Origin: Acidobacteriota bacterium
GTDB taxonomy: Bacteria; Acidobacteriota; CAIWXX01
NCBI GenBank assembly: GCA_040755995.1
Contig: JBFMAF010000004.1
Location: forward strand, 32,001-96,000
DNA length: 64,000 nt
Direction: 5' to 3'
In this document: positions 8,434 through 18,307 of the stretch, piece after piece
Numbering within the stretch: the stretch's first letter is position 1
Layout: every line of letters begins with the position of its first letter
The notes under the pieces: generated by a model
Databases searched by the model: none
The model's input: the letters and a program-made list of their open reading frames with translations, nothing else
What the model was told of the DNA's origin: nothing
Translations under genes and position numbers: made by a program

Positions 8434-10893
8434 TTGGCCCTGAAGAAATCCGAGCTCTACTCATCGCTCTGGGCCTCCTGCGACGAGCTGCGCGGCGGCA
8501 TGGATGCCAGCCAGTACAAGGACTACGTCCTCGTGCTGCTGTTCGTGAAGTACGTCAGCGACCGTTACGCCGGCCAACCCTACGCTGCCATCACCATCCC
8601 CAAAGGCGCGAGTTTTGCCGACATGGTGGCGCTCAAGGGCAAACCCGACATCGGCGACCAGATCAACAAGAAGACCCTCGGACCGCTCGCTCAGGCCAAC
8701 AATCTCTCCGACATGCCGGACTTCAACGACCCGGCCAAGCTCGGCAGCGGGAAGGAGATGGTCGAGCGGCTCACGAACCTCATCGCCATCTTCGAGAACC
8801 CGGCGCTCGACTTTTCGAAGAACCGCGCCGACGGCGACGACCTGCTCGGCGACGCCTACGAATACCTGATGCGGCACTTCGCCACCGAGAGCGGCAAGAG
8901 CAAGGGTCAGTTCTACACGCCGGCCGAGGTGAGCCGCGTCATCGCGCAAATCCTGGGCATCCGCCAAGCGAAGGCCACGGCCAACACCACCGTCTACGAC
9001 CCCACCTGCGGCTCCGGGTCGCTCCTGCTCAAGGTGGGTGCTGAAGCCGCCCACGGCCGCGATGTGCGCGTGACGCTCTACGGGCAGGAGAAGGACAACG
9101 CCACCGCCGGCCTCGCCCGCATGAACATGATCCTGCACGACTACGCGACGGCCGACATCAAGCAGGGCAACACACTTGCCAGCCCGCTCTTTCTCGATGG
9201 CGACAGGCTCAAGACCTTCGACTACGTCGCCGCCAATCCGCCTTTTTCCGACAAGCGATGGAGCACGGGTCTCGACGCCGAGCACGACACGCACCAGCGC
9301 TTCCAGCCATACGGCGTGCCGCCCGCCAAGCAGGGCGACTACGCCTATCTGCTGCACATTCTGCGATCGCTGAAGAGCGGCGGCAGGGGCGCCTGCATCC
9401 TGCCGCACGGCGTGCTGTTCCGCGGCGCTGCCGAGGCTGCCATCCGACGCAACCTCATCCAGCGCGGTTACATCAAGGGCATCATCGGCCTGCCGGCGAA
9501 CCTCTTCTATGGGACCGGCATCCCCGCCTGCATCGTCGTGCTCGACAAGGAAGGCGCCGCCGCCCGCAAGGGCATCTTCATGATCGACGCCTCCAAGGGC
9601 TTCGTGAAGGACGGCCCCAAGAACCGCCTGCGCGAACAGGACATTCACCGCATCGTGGATACATTCACGAAACAGACGGACGTGCCGCGCTATGCCCGCC
9701 TGGTCCCGGTGGCCGAAATCGCCGACCCGAAGAACGACTACAACCTCAACCTGCCGCGTTACATCGATTCGACTGAACCCGAAGACCTACAGGACATTGA
9801 TGCACACCTGCGCGGAGGCCTCCCCGAGCGCGACATCGACGCGCTCGATCGATTCTGGCAGGTGATCCCCGGCGTGCGCATCACGCTTTTCGAGGCGGCC
9901 GGCCGACCCGGCTACTCCCGGTTGCGGCTTCCCATAGCCGAAGTGAAGCCCGCGATCCTCCGCCACGCCGAGTTCACAACGTTCACCGAATCCGTGAACA
10001 GGCTCTTCGGCGAGTGGAAGAGGGCCAGCACGCCGGCGCTCAAGAGCTTCGCCCAGGACGGCCATCCCAAGGCGATCATCGAAGACATCGCCGAGAGCCT
10101 GCTCGCGACCTTCAAGGCCGCGCCGCTGCTCGATGCCTACGATGTCTATCAGCACCTGCTGGACTACTGGGCCGAGACCATGCAGGACGACTGCTACCTC
10201 ATCGCCGCCGACGGCTGGAAGGTGGCCGCCCAGCCCAGGCTCATCGTCGAGGACAAGAACAGGAAGACGAAGACCAGGCCGGACTTCACCCTGGGCAAGA
10301 AGAAGTACCAGGCCGAGCTGATCCCGCCCGCACTCGTCATCGCCCGCTGGTTCGCGAAGGAGCAAGCCGCGGTCGATGCGCTGGAGGCGCAGGTCGCCGC
10401 GCTCGAGCAGCAGATGGAGGAGATGGCTGAGGAGCACGGCGGTGAAAACGGGCTGCTGGCCGAAGCTGCAAACGACAAGGGCAAAATCACGAATGCCAGC
10501 GCCGCGACTCGCCTCAAGGAGATCAAGGACGACGCGGAAGCAACTGATGAACACAAGGCGCTCAGCGAGTACCTTGCCCTTGCCGAACAGGAAGCCGATG
10601 CCTCCGCGAAGCTCAAGGCTGCGCAAGAAGCCCTGACCGAACAGGTTGCCGCGAAATACCCCAAGCTCACCGAGGACGAGATCAAGACGCTTGTGGTGGA
10701 CGACAAGTGGCTGGCCACGCTCGCCGCCGCGGTGCAGAGCGAGCTAGACCGCGTTTCGCAGACCCTCACCGGCCGCATCCGCCAGCTCGCCGAACGCTAC
10801 GCGACGCCGTTGCCGCAGCTTGTTGACGAGGTGGGGGAGCTTTCCAGGCGCGTTGACGAGCATCTGAAGAAGATGGGGGCGGTGTGGAAGTGA
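8434..10893 (+). CDS. hsdM: Type I R-M methyltransferase subunit
   Basis: LWASCDELRG, GQFYTP, motif I DPTCGSG, motif IV NPPF. TTG start after GGAG. Confidence 0.97.
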   Translation: MALKKSELYSSLWASCDELRGGMDASQYKDYVLVLLFVKYVSDRYAGQPYAAITIPKGASFADMVALKGKPDIGDQINKKTLGPLAQANNLSDMPDFNDPAKLGSGKEMVERLTNLIAIFENPALDFSKNRADGDDLLGDAYEYLMRHFATESGKSKGQFYTPAEVSRVIAQILGIRQAKATANTTVYDPTCGSGSLLLKVGAEAAHGRDVRVTLYGQEKDNATAGLARMNMILHDYATADIKQGNTLASPLFLDGDRLKTFDYVAANPPFSDKRWSTGLDAEHDTHQRFQPYGVPPAKQGDYAYLLHILRSLKSGGRGACILPHGVLFRGAAEAAIRRNLIQRGYIKGIIGLPANLFYGTGIPACIVVLDKEGAAARKGIFMIDASKGFVKDGPKNRLREQDIHRIVDTFTKQTDVPRYARLVPVAEIADPKNDYNLNLPRYIDSTEPEDLQDIDAHLRGGLPERDIDALDRFWQVIPGVRITLFEAAGRPGYSRLRLPIAEVKPAILRHAEFTTFTESVNRLFGEWKRASTPALKSFAQDGHPKAIIEDIAESLLATFKAAPLLDAYDVYQHLLDYWAETMQDDCYLIAADGWKVAAQPRLIVEDKNRKTKTRPDFTLGKKKYQAELIPPALVIARWFAKEQAAVDALEAQVAALEQQMEEMAEEHGGENGLLAEAANDKGKITNASAATRLKEIKDDAEATDEHKALSEYLALAEQEADASAKLKAAQEALTEQVAAKYPKLTEDEIKTLVVDDKWLATLAAAVQSELDRVSQTLTGRIRQLAERYATPLPQLVDEVGELSRRVDEHLKKMGAVWK

Positions 10894-12071
10894 GACCGGG
10901 CTATTCGCTTACCGATCTTGGCATGCTCCCGTCTGAGTGGCAAGTTGATGAGCTCGGCTCTCTGGACCCATTCGTGACAAGTGGGTCCCGCGGTTGGGCC
11001 ACGTATTGCGCCGACAGTGGGGCGCCTTTCATTCGAATCACGAATCTGTCGCGCGACTCAATCTACATCGACCTGACCCATTTGAAGCTGGTGGACCTTC
11101 CTCCTGATGACCGAGAGGGCATCCGAACACGACTTGACGCCGGAGATCTGCTCTTCTCGATCACAGCTGACATCGGGATCGTCGGGTACGTTGACAGCCG
11201 CATACCGCGGCCAGCGTACATCAATCAGCATATAGCTCTCGTGCGGTTCGATAGGTCCAAGATCGACACGCAGTTCCTAGCCTACTTTCTGGCCGGCGCG
11301 AATGCGCAGAGGGTGTTCCGCGCGTCGACTGACCAAGGCGCCAAGGCCGGGATGAACCTTGCCGGAGTTCGGAAGATTAGAGCCGCATTCCCACCGCTCC
11401 CCGAACAATGTGCCATCGCGAAGGCGCTCGGGGATGTGGATGCGCTGCTGGGCGGGCTGGAGCGGCTGATCACCAAGAAGCGCGACCTCAAACAGGCTGC
11501 CATGCAGCAGCTCCTCACCGGCCAAACCCGCCTGCCCGGGTTTGGCGGCCAGTGGGAGGTGAGGCAGTTGAGGGACATTTGTCGGATGAAGAGCGGTGAA
11601 GGGATTACTAGCGCTGATATTGATGAGTATTCACCGTTTCCCTGCTATGGTGGCAATGGGCTGCGTGGATACACGAAGCGATTCACTCATGACGGGGACT
11701 ATGCCCTCATCGGGCGACAAGGCGCTTTATGCGGCAACGTGGTTCTCGCTGCGGGGAGCTTCTTCGCTTCCGAGCATGCTGTCGTGGTCACTGCGAACAG
11801 GCAAACGGACATTCACTGGCTATATCGAGTTCTCATCCGCATGAACTTGAACCAGTACACAGAGTCTACGGCCCAGCCCGGGCTATCGGTTGCCAAGTTG
11901 TTACTCCTTGAGTGCCCCGCCCCGTCTTATGAGGAACAAACCGCGATAGGCGCGGTGCTCTCCGACATGGACGCGGAGCTGGCGGCGCTGGAAGCGCGAC
12001 GTGACAAGACCCGGGCGCTCAAGCAGGCCATGATGCAGGAACTGCTCACCGGCAGGACGCGGCTCATATGA
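10884..12071 (+). CDS. hsdS: Type I R-M specificity subunit
   Basis: Two variable regions separated by conserved PPLPEQ..IA..L and KQAxMQxLLTG repeats; overlaps the hsdM stop. Confidence 0.96.
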   Translation: MEVRPGYSLTDLGMLPSEWQVDELGSLDPFVTSGSRGWATYCADSGAPFIRITNLSRDSIYIDLTHLKLVDLPPDDREGIRTRLDAGDLLFSITADIGIVGYVDSRIPRPAYINQHIALVRFDRSKIDTQFLAYFLAGANAQRVFRASTDQGAKAGMNLAGVRKIRAAFPPLPEQCAIAKALGDVDALLGGLERLITKKRDLKQAAMQQLLTGQTRLPGFGGQWEVRQLRDICRMKSGEGITSADIDEYSPFPCYGGNGLRGYTKRFTHDGDYALIGRQGALCGNVVLAAGSFFASEHAVVVTANRQTDIHWLYRVLIRMNLNQYTESTAQPGLSVAKLLLLECPAPSYEEQTAIGAVLSDMDAELAALEARRDKTRALKQAMMQELLTGRTRLI

Positions 12072-13486
12072 GAGAAGCTCACAACGTCGAATGGAAGGAG
12101 TCGTGGCGCGACGAGTATCTCCGCTGGATCTGCGGCTTCGCCAACGCCGAGGGCGGCGTGCTACACATCGGGCGGAACGAGAAGGGCGAAGTGGTCGGCC
12201 TGTCCCATGCGGCGAAGCTTCTGCAGGACATCCCGAACAAGGTGCGCGACATCCTCGGCATCCTCGTGAAGGTAAACCTGCGCACGCAGCGGGGCAAGGA
12301 GTGGCTGGAGATCGTCGTGGAGCCCTATCCCTACCCGGTGAGCTACAAGGGCGAGTACCACTTGCGCAGCGGGAGCACGAAGCAGGAGTTGAAGGGCGCG
12401 GCCCTGGACCGATTCCTGTTGCGCAAGCAGGGGCGCACCTGGGATGGAGTGCCGGTGCCCGGTGTGTCTCCCCGCGACTTGTCCAAGGAACCGATGGCGA
12501 CATTTCGCAAGTTGGCGAAGGATAGCCGCCGGCTGGACACCACGGCGTTGCGCGAGCCCGCCGCCGGGCTGCTCGACAAGCTCAACCTCTTCGATGGCGA
12601 TCGCCTCAAGCGCGCGGCGCTGTTGCTGTTTCATCCCGACCCCGAGCGTTTCGTCACCGGAGCGTTCGTGAAAATCGGCTATTTTCGTACCGAATCGGAG
12701 CTGCTCTACCACGACGAAGTGCATGGCGACCTGTTCACCCAGGCGCAGCAGACGATGGACCGATTGCTTACCAAGTATCTCAAGGCGGCGATCAGCTACC
12801 GGGGCATCCAGCGGGTGGAAGCGCTGCCTGTGCCGGAGGCGGCGCTGCGGGAGGCCCTGCTCAACGCAATCATCCACAAGGACTACGCCAGCGGATCGCC
12901 GATACAGATCCGGGTTTACGCAGACAAGCTGAAGATCTGGAACGCTGGAGAGCTGCCGGGCAACTGGACGGTCGAAGACTTGCGCAAGCACCACCCGTCA
13001 CGTCCGTTCAATCCATCCGTGGCCAACGCTTTCTTTCGTTCGGGGCAGATCGAAGCGTGGGGGCGAGGCTTCCAGCTTATCTTCGATGCCTGCCGGGAAG
13101 AGGGGGTGCCCGAGCCCGCGATCGGCTACCAGCCCGGTGACGTGTGGATTGAGTTCCCCTTCCGGGCCGCCTATCTGGCGGTGATCCCCACGGAGACCAC
13201 CGAAGTCGCCACCGAAGTCACCACCGAAGTCACCACCGAAGTCGCCGCCGCGAGGCGCCTCCTGGCCGCCCTGCGCGGAGAGATGAGTCGGCAAGCGCTG
13301 CAGGCCGCGCTGGGGCTGGCGAACGACACGCACTTCCGCAAAGCCTACCTGCAGCCTGCGCTGGCCGCGGGCTTGATTGAAATGACAATCCCCGAGAAGC
13401 CTACGAGCCGGATGCAGCGATACCGCCTGACGAAGAAGGGAAGCGCTGCACTGAAGGGCGGCGCCCAGAGTGGAGGCGAAATGTGA
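12068..13486 (+). CDS. AlbA_2 (Schlafen-like) DNA-binding domain + ATP-binding domain + C-terminal HTH protein
   Basis: N-terminal ExxxVEWK...CGFANAEGG, central REALLNAIIHKDY and IEAWGRG, C-terminal YLQPAL...IEMTIPEKPTSRMQRY. Translationally coupled on both sides. Confidence 0.88.
   Translation: MREAHNVEWKESWRDEYLRWICGFANAEGGVLHIGRNEKGEVVGLSHAAKLLQDIPNKVRDILGILVKVNLRTQRGKEWLEIVVEPYPYPVSYKGEYHLRSGSTKQELKGAALDRFLLRKQGRTWDGVPVPGVSPRDLSKEPMATFRKLAKDSRRLDTTALREPAAGLLDKLNLFDGDRLKRAALLLFHPDPERFVTGAFVKIGYFRTESELLYHDEVHGDLFTQAQQTMDRLLTKYLKAAISYRGIQRVEALPVPEAALREALLNAIIHKDYASGSPIQIRVYADKLKIWNAGELPGNWTVEDLRKHHPSRPFNPSVANAFFRSGQIEAWGRGFQLIFDACREEGVPEPAIGYQPGDVWIEFPFRAAYLAVIPTETTEVATEVTTEVTTEVAAARRLLAALRGEMSRQALQAALGLANDTHFRKAYLQPALAAGLIEMTIPEKPTSRMQRYRLTKKGSAALKGGAQSGGEM
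13196..13243 (+). repeat. 4 x 12-bp in-frame tandem repeat (T/A-T-E-V linker)
   Basis: (A/G)CCACCGAAGTC x4. Confidence 0.95.
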
Positions 13487-16400
13487 GTGCCATCGGCAAG
13501 CCCGAACGTGTCACGCAAGACCGCGTTATTGCGCTCTTTCGCAAGAACCTCGGCTACCGCTACCTTGGCAACCGGACTGACAGCGAGAACCGCCATATCG
13601 ACGAAGACCTGCTCGCGGATTGGTTGAAGGGTCGCGGCCTTTCCCCGGAACGGATCAGCCGCGCGCTGGACATCTTCAGTCGCGAGGCCAACAACCCCGC
13701 TCGCAGCCTCTACGACAACAACCAGGCCGTCTACAGCCTGCTGCGCTACGGCGTTCCGGTGAAGACAGCAGCCGACGAGAACACCGAAACCGTCTGGCTC
13801 ATCGACTGGCGCAACCCGGAGGCCAATGATTTAGCGCTGGCCGAGGAAGTGACCCTGAAGGGCACGCACGAGAGGCGGCCGGACCTGGTCCTTTACGTCA
13901 ACGGTCTTGCCGTCGGTGTGATCGAATTGAAGCGCAGCGCCGTGAGCATCGGCGACGGCATCCGCCAGCTCATTTCGAATCAGTCGCCGGAGTTCAACGC
14001 ATGGTTCTTCAGCACCGTGCAAATCGTCTTCGCCGGCAACGACAGCGAAGGGCTGCGCTACGGGGCCATCGGCACGCCGGAGAAGATGTTCCTCGCCTGG
14101 AAAGAAGACGAGGCCGACAACGCCGGCTACAAGCTCGACAAGTACCTTCTGAAGCTCTGCAACAAGTCGCGCCTGATCGAGCTGATGCGGGACTTCGTGC
14201 TTTTCGACGGCGGCGTGAAGAAGCTGCCGCGCGTGCATCAGTATTTCGGTGTCAAGGCCGCGCAGCGCCACGCGCGCGAGTACAAAGGCGGGATCATCTG
14301 GCACACCCAGGGCAGCGGCAAGAGCATCGTCATGGTGCTGCTCGCCAAGTGGATTCTCGAGAATCTCCCGAAAGCGCGCGTGCTGATCGTCACCGACCGC
14401 GAGGAGCTCGACAAGCAGATCGAGCGAGTTTTCCAGGGAGGGGGCGAAGCCATCTACCGTACCCGGAGCGGGGCGGACCTCATGGCGCAGCTCGGTCAGG
14501 CAAAGCCGCGCCTGCTCTGTTCCCTCGTGCACAAGTTCGGCCGGAGAGGGGTGGAGAACTTCGATGCGTTCATCGAGGAGCTGAAGCAGAAGCCCAGTCC
14601 CGCCGTTGGCGAGCTATTCATTTTCGTGGACGAGTGCCATCGCACGCAGAGCGGCAAGTTGCACAAGACGATGAAGGCGCTGCTACCAGGAGCGGTGTTC
14701 ATCGGCTTCACCGGCACGCCGCTGCTGAAGGCCGACCGGCAGACCAGCCTGGAGGTTTTCGGCGGCTACATCCACACGTACAAGTTCGGGGAGGCGGTGG
14801 AGGACGGCGTCGTGCTTGATCTCGTCTACGAGGCCCGTGACATCCCGCAGGAGCTCGGTTCCCAGGACAAGGTCGACCAGTGGTTTGACGTGAAGACCAA
14901 AGGACTGAATGACTGGCAGAAGGCGGTCTTGCGCGAACAGTGGGGCACGATGCAGAAGGTGCTGAGCTCACGCTCGCGCATGGAACGCGTGGTCGAGGAC
15001 ATCGTCTTCGACTTCAGCGTCAAGCCCCGACTGGCGAGCCAGCGGGGCAACGCGATGCTCGTGGCCTCCAGCATCTACGAAGCATGCCGCTACTTCGAGC
15101 TGTTCGAGAAGACCGCATTCAAGGGCCGTTGCGCCGTCATCACGTCCTACGATCCGAAAGCACAGGACGTGACCAAAGAGGACACCGGCGCGAATACTGA
15201 GACCGAGAAACAGTTCCTCTACAATGCGTACACTGCCCTGCTGAAGGACGTCGTGCCGAAGCCCGGCAAGACAAAGACTGAGACCTACGAGGACGAGGCG
15301 AAGGAGAAGTTCGTCAAGCAGCCGGCCAGCATGCAGCTGCTCATCGTGGTGGACAAACTGCTCACCGGTTTCGACGCGCCGAGCTGCACCTATCTCTACA
15401 TCGACAAGTCCATGCAGGACCATGGCCTGTTCCAGTCCATCTGCCGCACCAACCGGCTCGACGGGGAAGACAAGCCCTTCGGTTACATCGTGGACTACAA
15501 GGACCTCTTCAAAAAGGTGCAGGGTGCGATGGCCGTATACACGTCCGAGCTCGACACGGCCGACGGCGGCGTGAGCCCGGAGATCCTGCTGGGGGACCGG
15601 CTGGCCAAGGGCCGCGAGCGGCTGGAGGAGGCGCGCGAGGCTCTCGCGTTGCTGTGCGAACAGGTGCAGCCTCCGAAGAGTGACCTGGAGCAGATCCACT
15701 ATTTCTGCGGCAATACCGAGATCACAGACGATCTGGCGCAACACGAACCGCAACGAGTCGCGCTCTACAAGGGTGTGGCGTCGCTGGTGCGCGCCTATGC
15801 GTCCATCGCCGACAACCTCCCGGAAGCAGGCTACTCGGTAGTCGAGGCCAGAGCCATCGAGAAGGAGCTTGCGCGCGCTGTCGAGCTACGCGAGGCGATA
15901 CGCAGGGCGAGCGGCGAAACGCTCGACCTGAAGCCATACGAAGCCGACATGCGTCACCTGATCGACACCTACATCAAAGCGGAAGAGGCGCGCAAGATAT
16001 CGGACTTCGGTGAGATGGGCTTGCTCGATCTGATCGTGAAGAGCGGCATCGCCGAAGCGATCAACAGCCTCCCCAAGGGCATCAGGGGCGACCGGGACGC
16101 GGTTGCCGAGACGATTGGCAACAACGTGCGCAGCAAGATCATCCGCGAACATCTTCACGATCCGGCCTTCTACGACAAGATGTCCAGGCTGCTCGCCGAG
16201 GTGCTGGCCGACCTGAAGGCACGGCGCATCGACTACGAGGAATTCCTGAAGCGCGTGGCCGCGCTGGCCGCGCAGGTCCATGCCGGCAGGGCGGCCGACA
16301 CACCGGAGGCACTGAGGCGGAGCCGGGGGCTTCGAGCCATCTACAACCTGCTGGAATCTCCACCATCGAATCGAGCCGGTGAGGGCGAGCCGGCCTACGA

Positions 16401-16593
16401 GGGCATAGCGTCAACCAAGAGGCTGGATCTCGCGCAAAGCATCGATACGAAACTTCGTGGAAGTGCCCCTGATGGATGGCGCGGCGTGCTGGCCAAGGAG
16501 CAGGTGGTGAAGCACCTCATCTACGATGTGGTGCAGGACATTGCACTGGTCGAGCAGCTATTCCCAGTGATCAAGGCGCAAGCGGAATACTGA
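13483..16593 (+). CDS. hsdR: Type I R-M restriction subunit
   Basis: PD..IELK nuclease motif, HTQGSGKS Walker A, DECH box, FTGTP, LTGFD, QSICRTNR. Confidence 0.97.
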   Translation: MSAIGKPERVTQDRVIALFRKNLGYRYLGNRTDSENRHIDEDLLADWLKGRGLSPERISRALDIFSREANNPARSLYDNNQAVYSLLRYGVPVKTAADENTETVWLIDWRNPEANDLALAEEVTLKGTHERRPDLVLYVNGLAVGVIELKRSAVSIGDGIRQLISNQSPEFNAWFFSTVQIVFAGNDSEGLRYGAIGTPEKMFLAWKEDEADNAGYKLDKYLLKLCNKSRLIELMRDFVLFDGGVKKLPRVHQYFGVKAAQRHAREYKGGIIWHTQGSGKSIVMVLLAKWILENLPKARVLIVTDREELDKQIERVFQGGGEAIYRTRSGADLMAQLGQAKPRLLCSLVHKFGRRGVENFDAFIEELKQKPSPAVGELFIFVDECHRTQSGKLHKTMKALLPGAVFIGFTGTPLLKADRQTSLEVFGGYIHTYKFGEAVEDGVVLDLVYEARDIPQELGSQDKVDQWFDVKTKGLNDWQKAVLREQWGTMQKVLSSRSRMERVVEDIVFDFSVKPRLASQRGNAMLVASSIYEACRYFELFEKTAFKGRCAVITSYDPKAQDVTKEDTGANTETEKQFLYNAYTALLKDVVPKPGKTKTETYEDEAKEKFVKQPASMQLLIVVDKLLTGFDAPSCTYLYIDKSMQDHGLFQSICRTNRLDGEDKPFGYIVDYKDLFKKVQGAMAVYTSELDTADGGVSPEILLGDRLAKGRERLEEAREALALLCEQVQPPKSDLEQIHYFCGNTEITDDLAQHEPQRVALYKGVASLVRAYASIADNLPEAGYSVVEARAIEKELARAVELREAIRRASGETLDLKPYEADMRHLIDTYIKAEEARKISDFGEMGLLDLIVKSGIAEAINSLPKGIRGDRDAVAETIGNNVRSKIIREHLHDPAFYDKMSRLLAEVLADLKARRIDYEEFLKRVAALAAQVHAGRAADTPEALRRSRGLRAIYNLLESPPSNRAGEGEPAYEGIASTKRLDLAQSIDTKLRGSAPDGWRGVLAKEQVVKHLIYDVVQDIALVEQLFPVIKAQAEY

Positions 16594-16604
16594 CGGGTGT
16601 TGCG

Positions 16605-17309
16605 GTGCAGTTGGGCGAGATCCGCATCGAGGTGCGGCGCAAGGACATCAGAAATGTCCACCTGAGCGTCCATCCCCCGTCCGGGCGGGTACGCATCGCT
16701 GCGCCGCGGCACCTGAGCGACGACGCCATCCGGTCTTTCGCTATCGGCAGGCTCGGATGGATTCGGAAACAACAGAAGAAACTGCAGGAGCAGGAACGTG
16801 AGACGCAGCGCGAGTACCTCGATCGCGAGACTCACTACGTGTGGGGCCGCCGCTGCTTGCTCAGGGTCGTCGAAAGGCAAGCGCCTCCGTCGGTCGAGTG
16901 GCGGGCCCACCGGTTGACGCTCTGCCTGCGACCGGGCACTGGGACCGCCCGACGCGCTGGGTTACTGGAGGCGTGGTACCGTGCACAAGTCAGGAAAGCC
17001 GCAGCGCCGATCGTCGCCAAGTGGGAAGGTCTCATGGGTGTCACCGTGAGCAGGGTCTTCGTTCGGCGGATGAAGACCAAATGGGGGAGCTGCAATCACT
17101 CCGCTGGCAACATCCGCCTGAACACCGACCTCGCCAAGAAGCCGCGGCAGTGCCTCGAGTACCTTGTCGTCCACGAGCTGGCGCATCTGCTGGAACGGAC
17201 GCACAACGTGCGCTTCCTGGCGCTGATGGACCGGTTTCTTCCCTCGTGGAGATCCGTCCGCCTGGATCTCAACCGCCTGCCCGTTCGGCACGAGAACTGG
17301 GAATACTGA
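16605..17309 (+). CDS. YgjP/DUF45 (M48/SprT-like) metal-dependent hydrolase
   Basis: MKTKWGSC and VVHELAHL..H zinc motif; usual position after hsdR. Start uncertain (CTG 16590 or GTG 16605). Confidence 0.9.
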   Translation: MQLGEIRIEVRRKDIRNVHLSVHPPSGRVRIAAPRHLSDDAIRSFAIGRLGWIRKQQKKLQEQERETQREYLDRETHYVWGRRCLLRVVERQAPPSVEWRAHRLTLCLRPGTGTARRAGLLEAWYRAQVRKAAAPIVAKWEGLMGVTVSRVFVRRMKTKWGSCNHSAGNIRLNTDLAKKPRQCLEYLVVHELAHLLERTHNVRFLALMDRFLPSWRSVRLDLNRLPVRHENWEY

Positions 17310-17349
17310 CCCACTGCAGCGAAGCGCCCGAAGCTCGGTACTCGGGAGA

Positions 17350-18051
17350 TCACCTGCGCCCGGCAAAGAGCTCCGGCTTCATCGTGCGCAGCGATGTGTA
17401 GCACGAGCTCCCGAGCACGATGTGGTCCAGGAAGCGCAGGCCGGCGGCGGTGAGCGCGCATGCCACGGCGGCCGTCAGGGCTTCGTCCGCCCCAGAGGGC
17501 GCCGGATCGCCAGATGGGTGGTTGTGTGCGATCAGGACGGCCGAGGCGCGCACGGCCAGAGCGCGTTCGAGGATCTTGCGCGGGCGGAGCATAGCCTCGT
17601 CCGGGGTCCCACCCGCGATCACCTCGTGCGCGAGCACGCCGTTCTTCGCATCGAGAAAGAGCAGGTGCACCTGTTCCTCGCGGTCCTCGACCAGGAACTG
17701 TCCAAGGTAGCTTGCAGCGTCTTCAGCCGATGCAATGCGCAGGCGCGTGCAGCGCCGTTCGGGTCGTGATGCCTCGGACCGCAGAGCCGATGCCAGGCGG
17801 AGCAGCACGAGCGCTGACGGGCCCAGACCCGGAACCTGGAGCAGAACTTCGTCCGGTGCGCCGAGGACGCCTGACATGCTCCCGCACTCGGCAAGCAATC
17901 GCTTGGCCAAGGGCTTCACGTCGCGCCTGGGAATAGCATATGTGAGCAGCAGCTCGATCAGCTCATGGTCGGAGAACGCACCTGCCCCGCAGCTCAGAAA
18001 TCGCTTGCGAAGGCGATCCCTGTGGCCTGATGTATCTACAGCGTCTTTCAT
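17350..18051 (-). CDS. radC: RadC family JAB-domain protein
   Basis: GHRDRLR, ELIELLL, AHNHPSGDPAPSGAD, LDHIV. ATG 18051 chosen for its RBS. Confidence 0.95.
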   Translation of the reverse strand: MKDAVDTSGHRDRLRKRFLSCGAGAFSDHELIELLLTYAIPRRDVKPLAKRLLAECGSMSGVLGAPDEVLLQVPGLGPSALVLLRLASALRSEASRPERRCTRLRIASAEDAASYLGQFLVEDREEQVHLLFLDAKNGVLAHEVIAGGTPDEAMLRPRKILERALAVRASAVLIAHNHPSGDPAPSGADEALTAAVACALTAAGLRFLDHIVLGSSCYTSLRTMKPELFAGRR

Positions 18052-18194
18052 GTTCCTACCGGCTCTGTTGGGCGGGAGACATTGTAGCACCGATACCATG
18101 CAGGAGCGCGACCTCCCGCAGGGGGGCTCGCGTCAGCTCCGCCTGATCAACATTCCCATCAGATGGCACCGCGCGGGGGCGGAATGATGTTCCA

Positions 18195-18307
18195 TCGTGT
18201 TCGATCCGCTCCATCGAGGCCAGCAGCATTATCGGTTTGTGTGGTGCCTTGAGCCCTTGCATCCGCCCTACGCCCGGCGCGCGCCTGATTGATGCCAGTC
18301 TCTCGCA
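18195..18307 (-). pseudogene. N-terminal relic of an SBD (sulfur-binding domain)/HNH restriction endonuclease
   Basis: Frame reads CERLASIRRAPGVGRMQGLKAPHKPIMLLASMERIE; APHKP-hydrophobic is the typical N-terminal signature of that family. No HNH domain seen. Confidence 0.6.
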
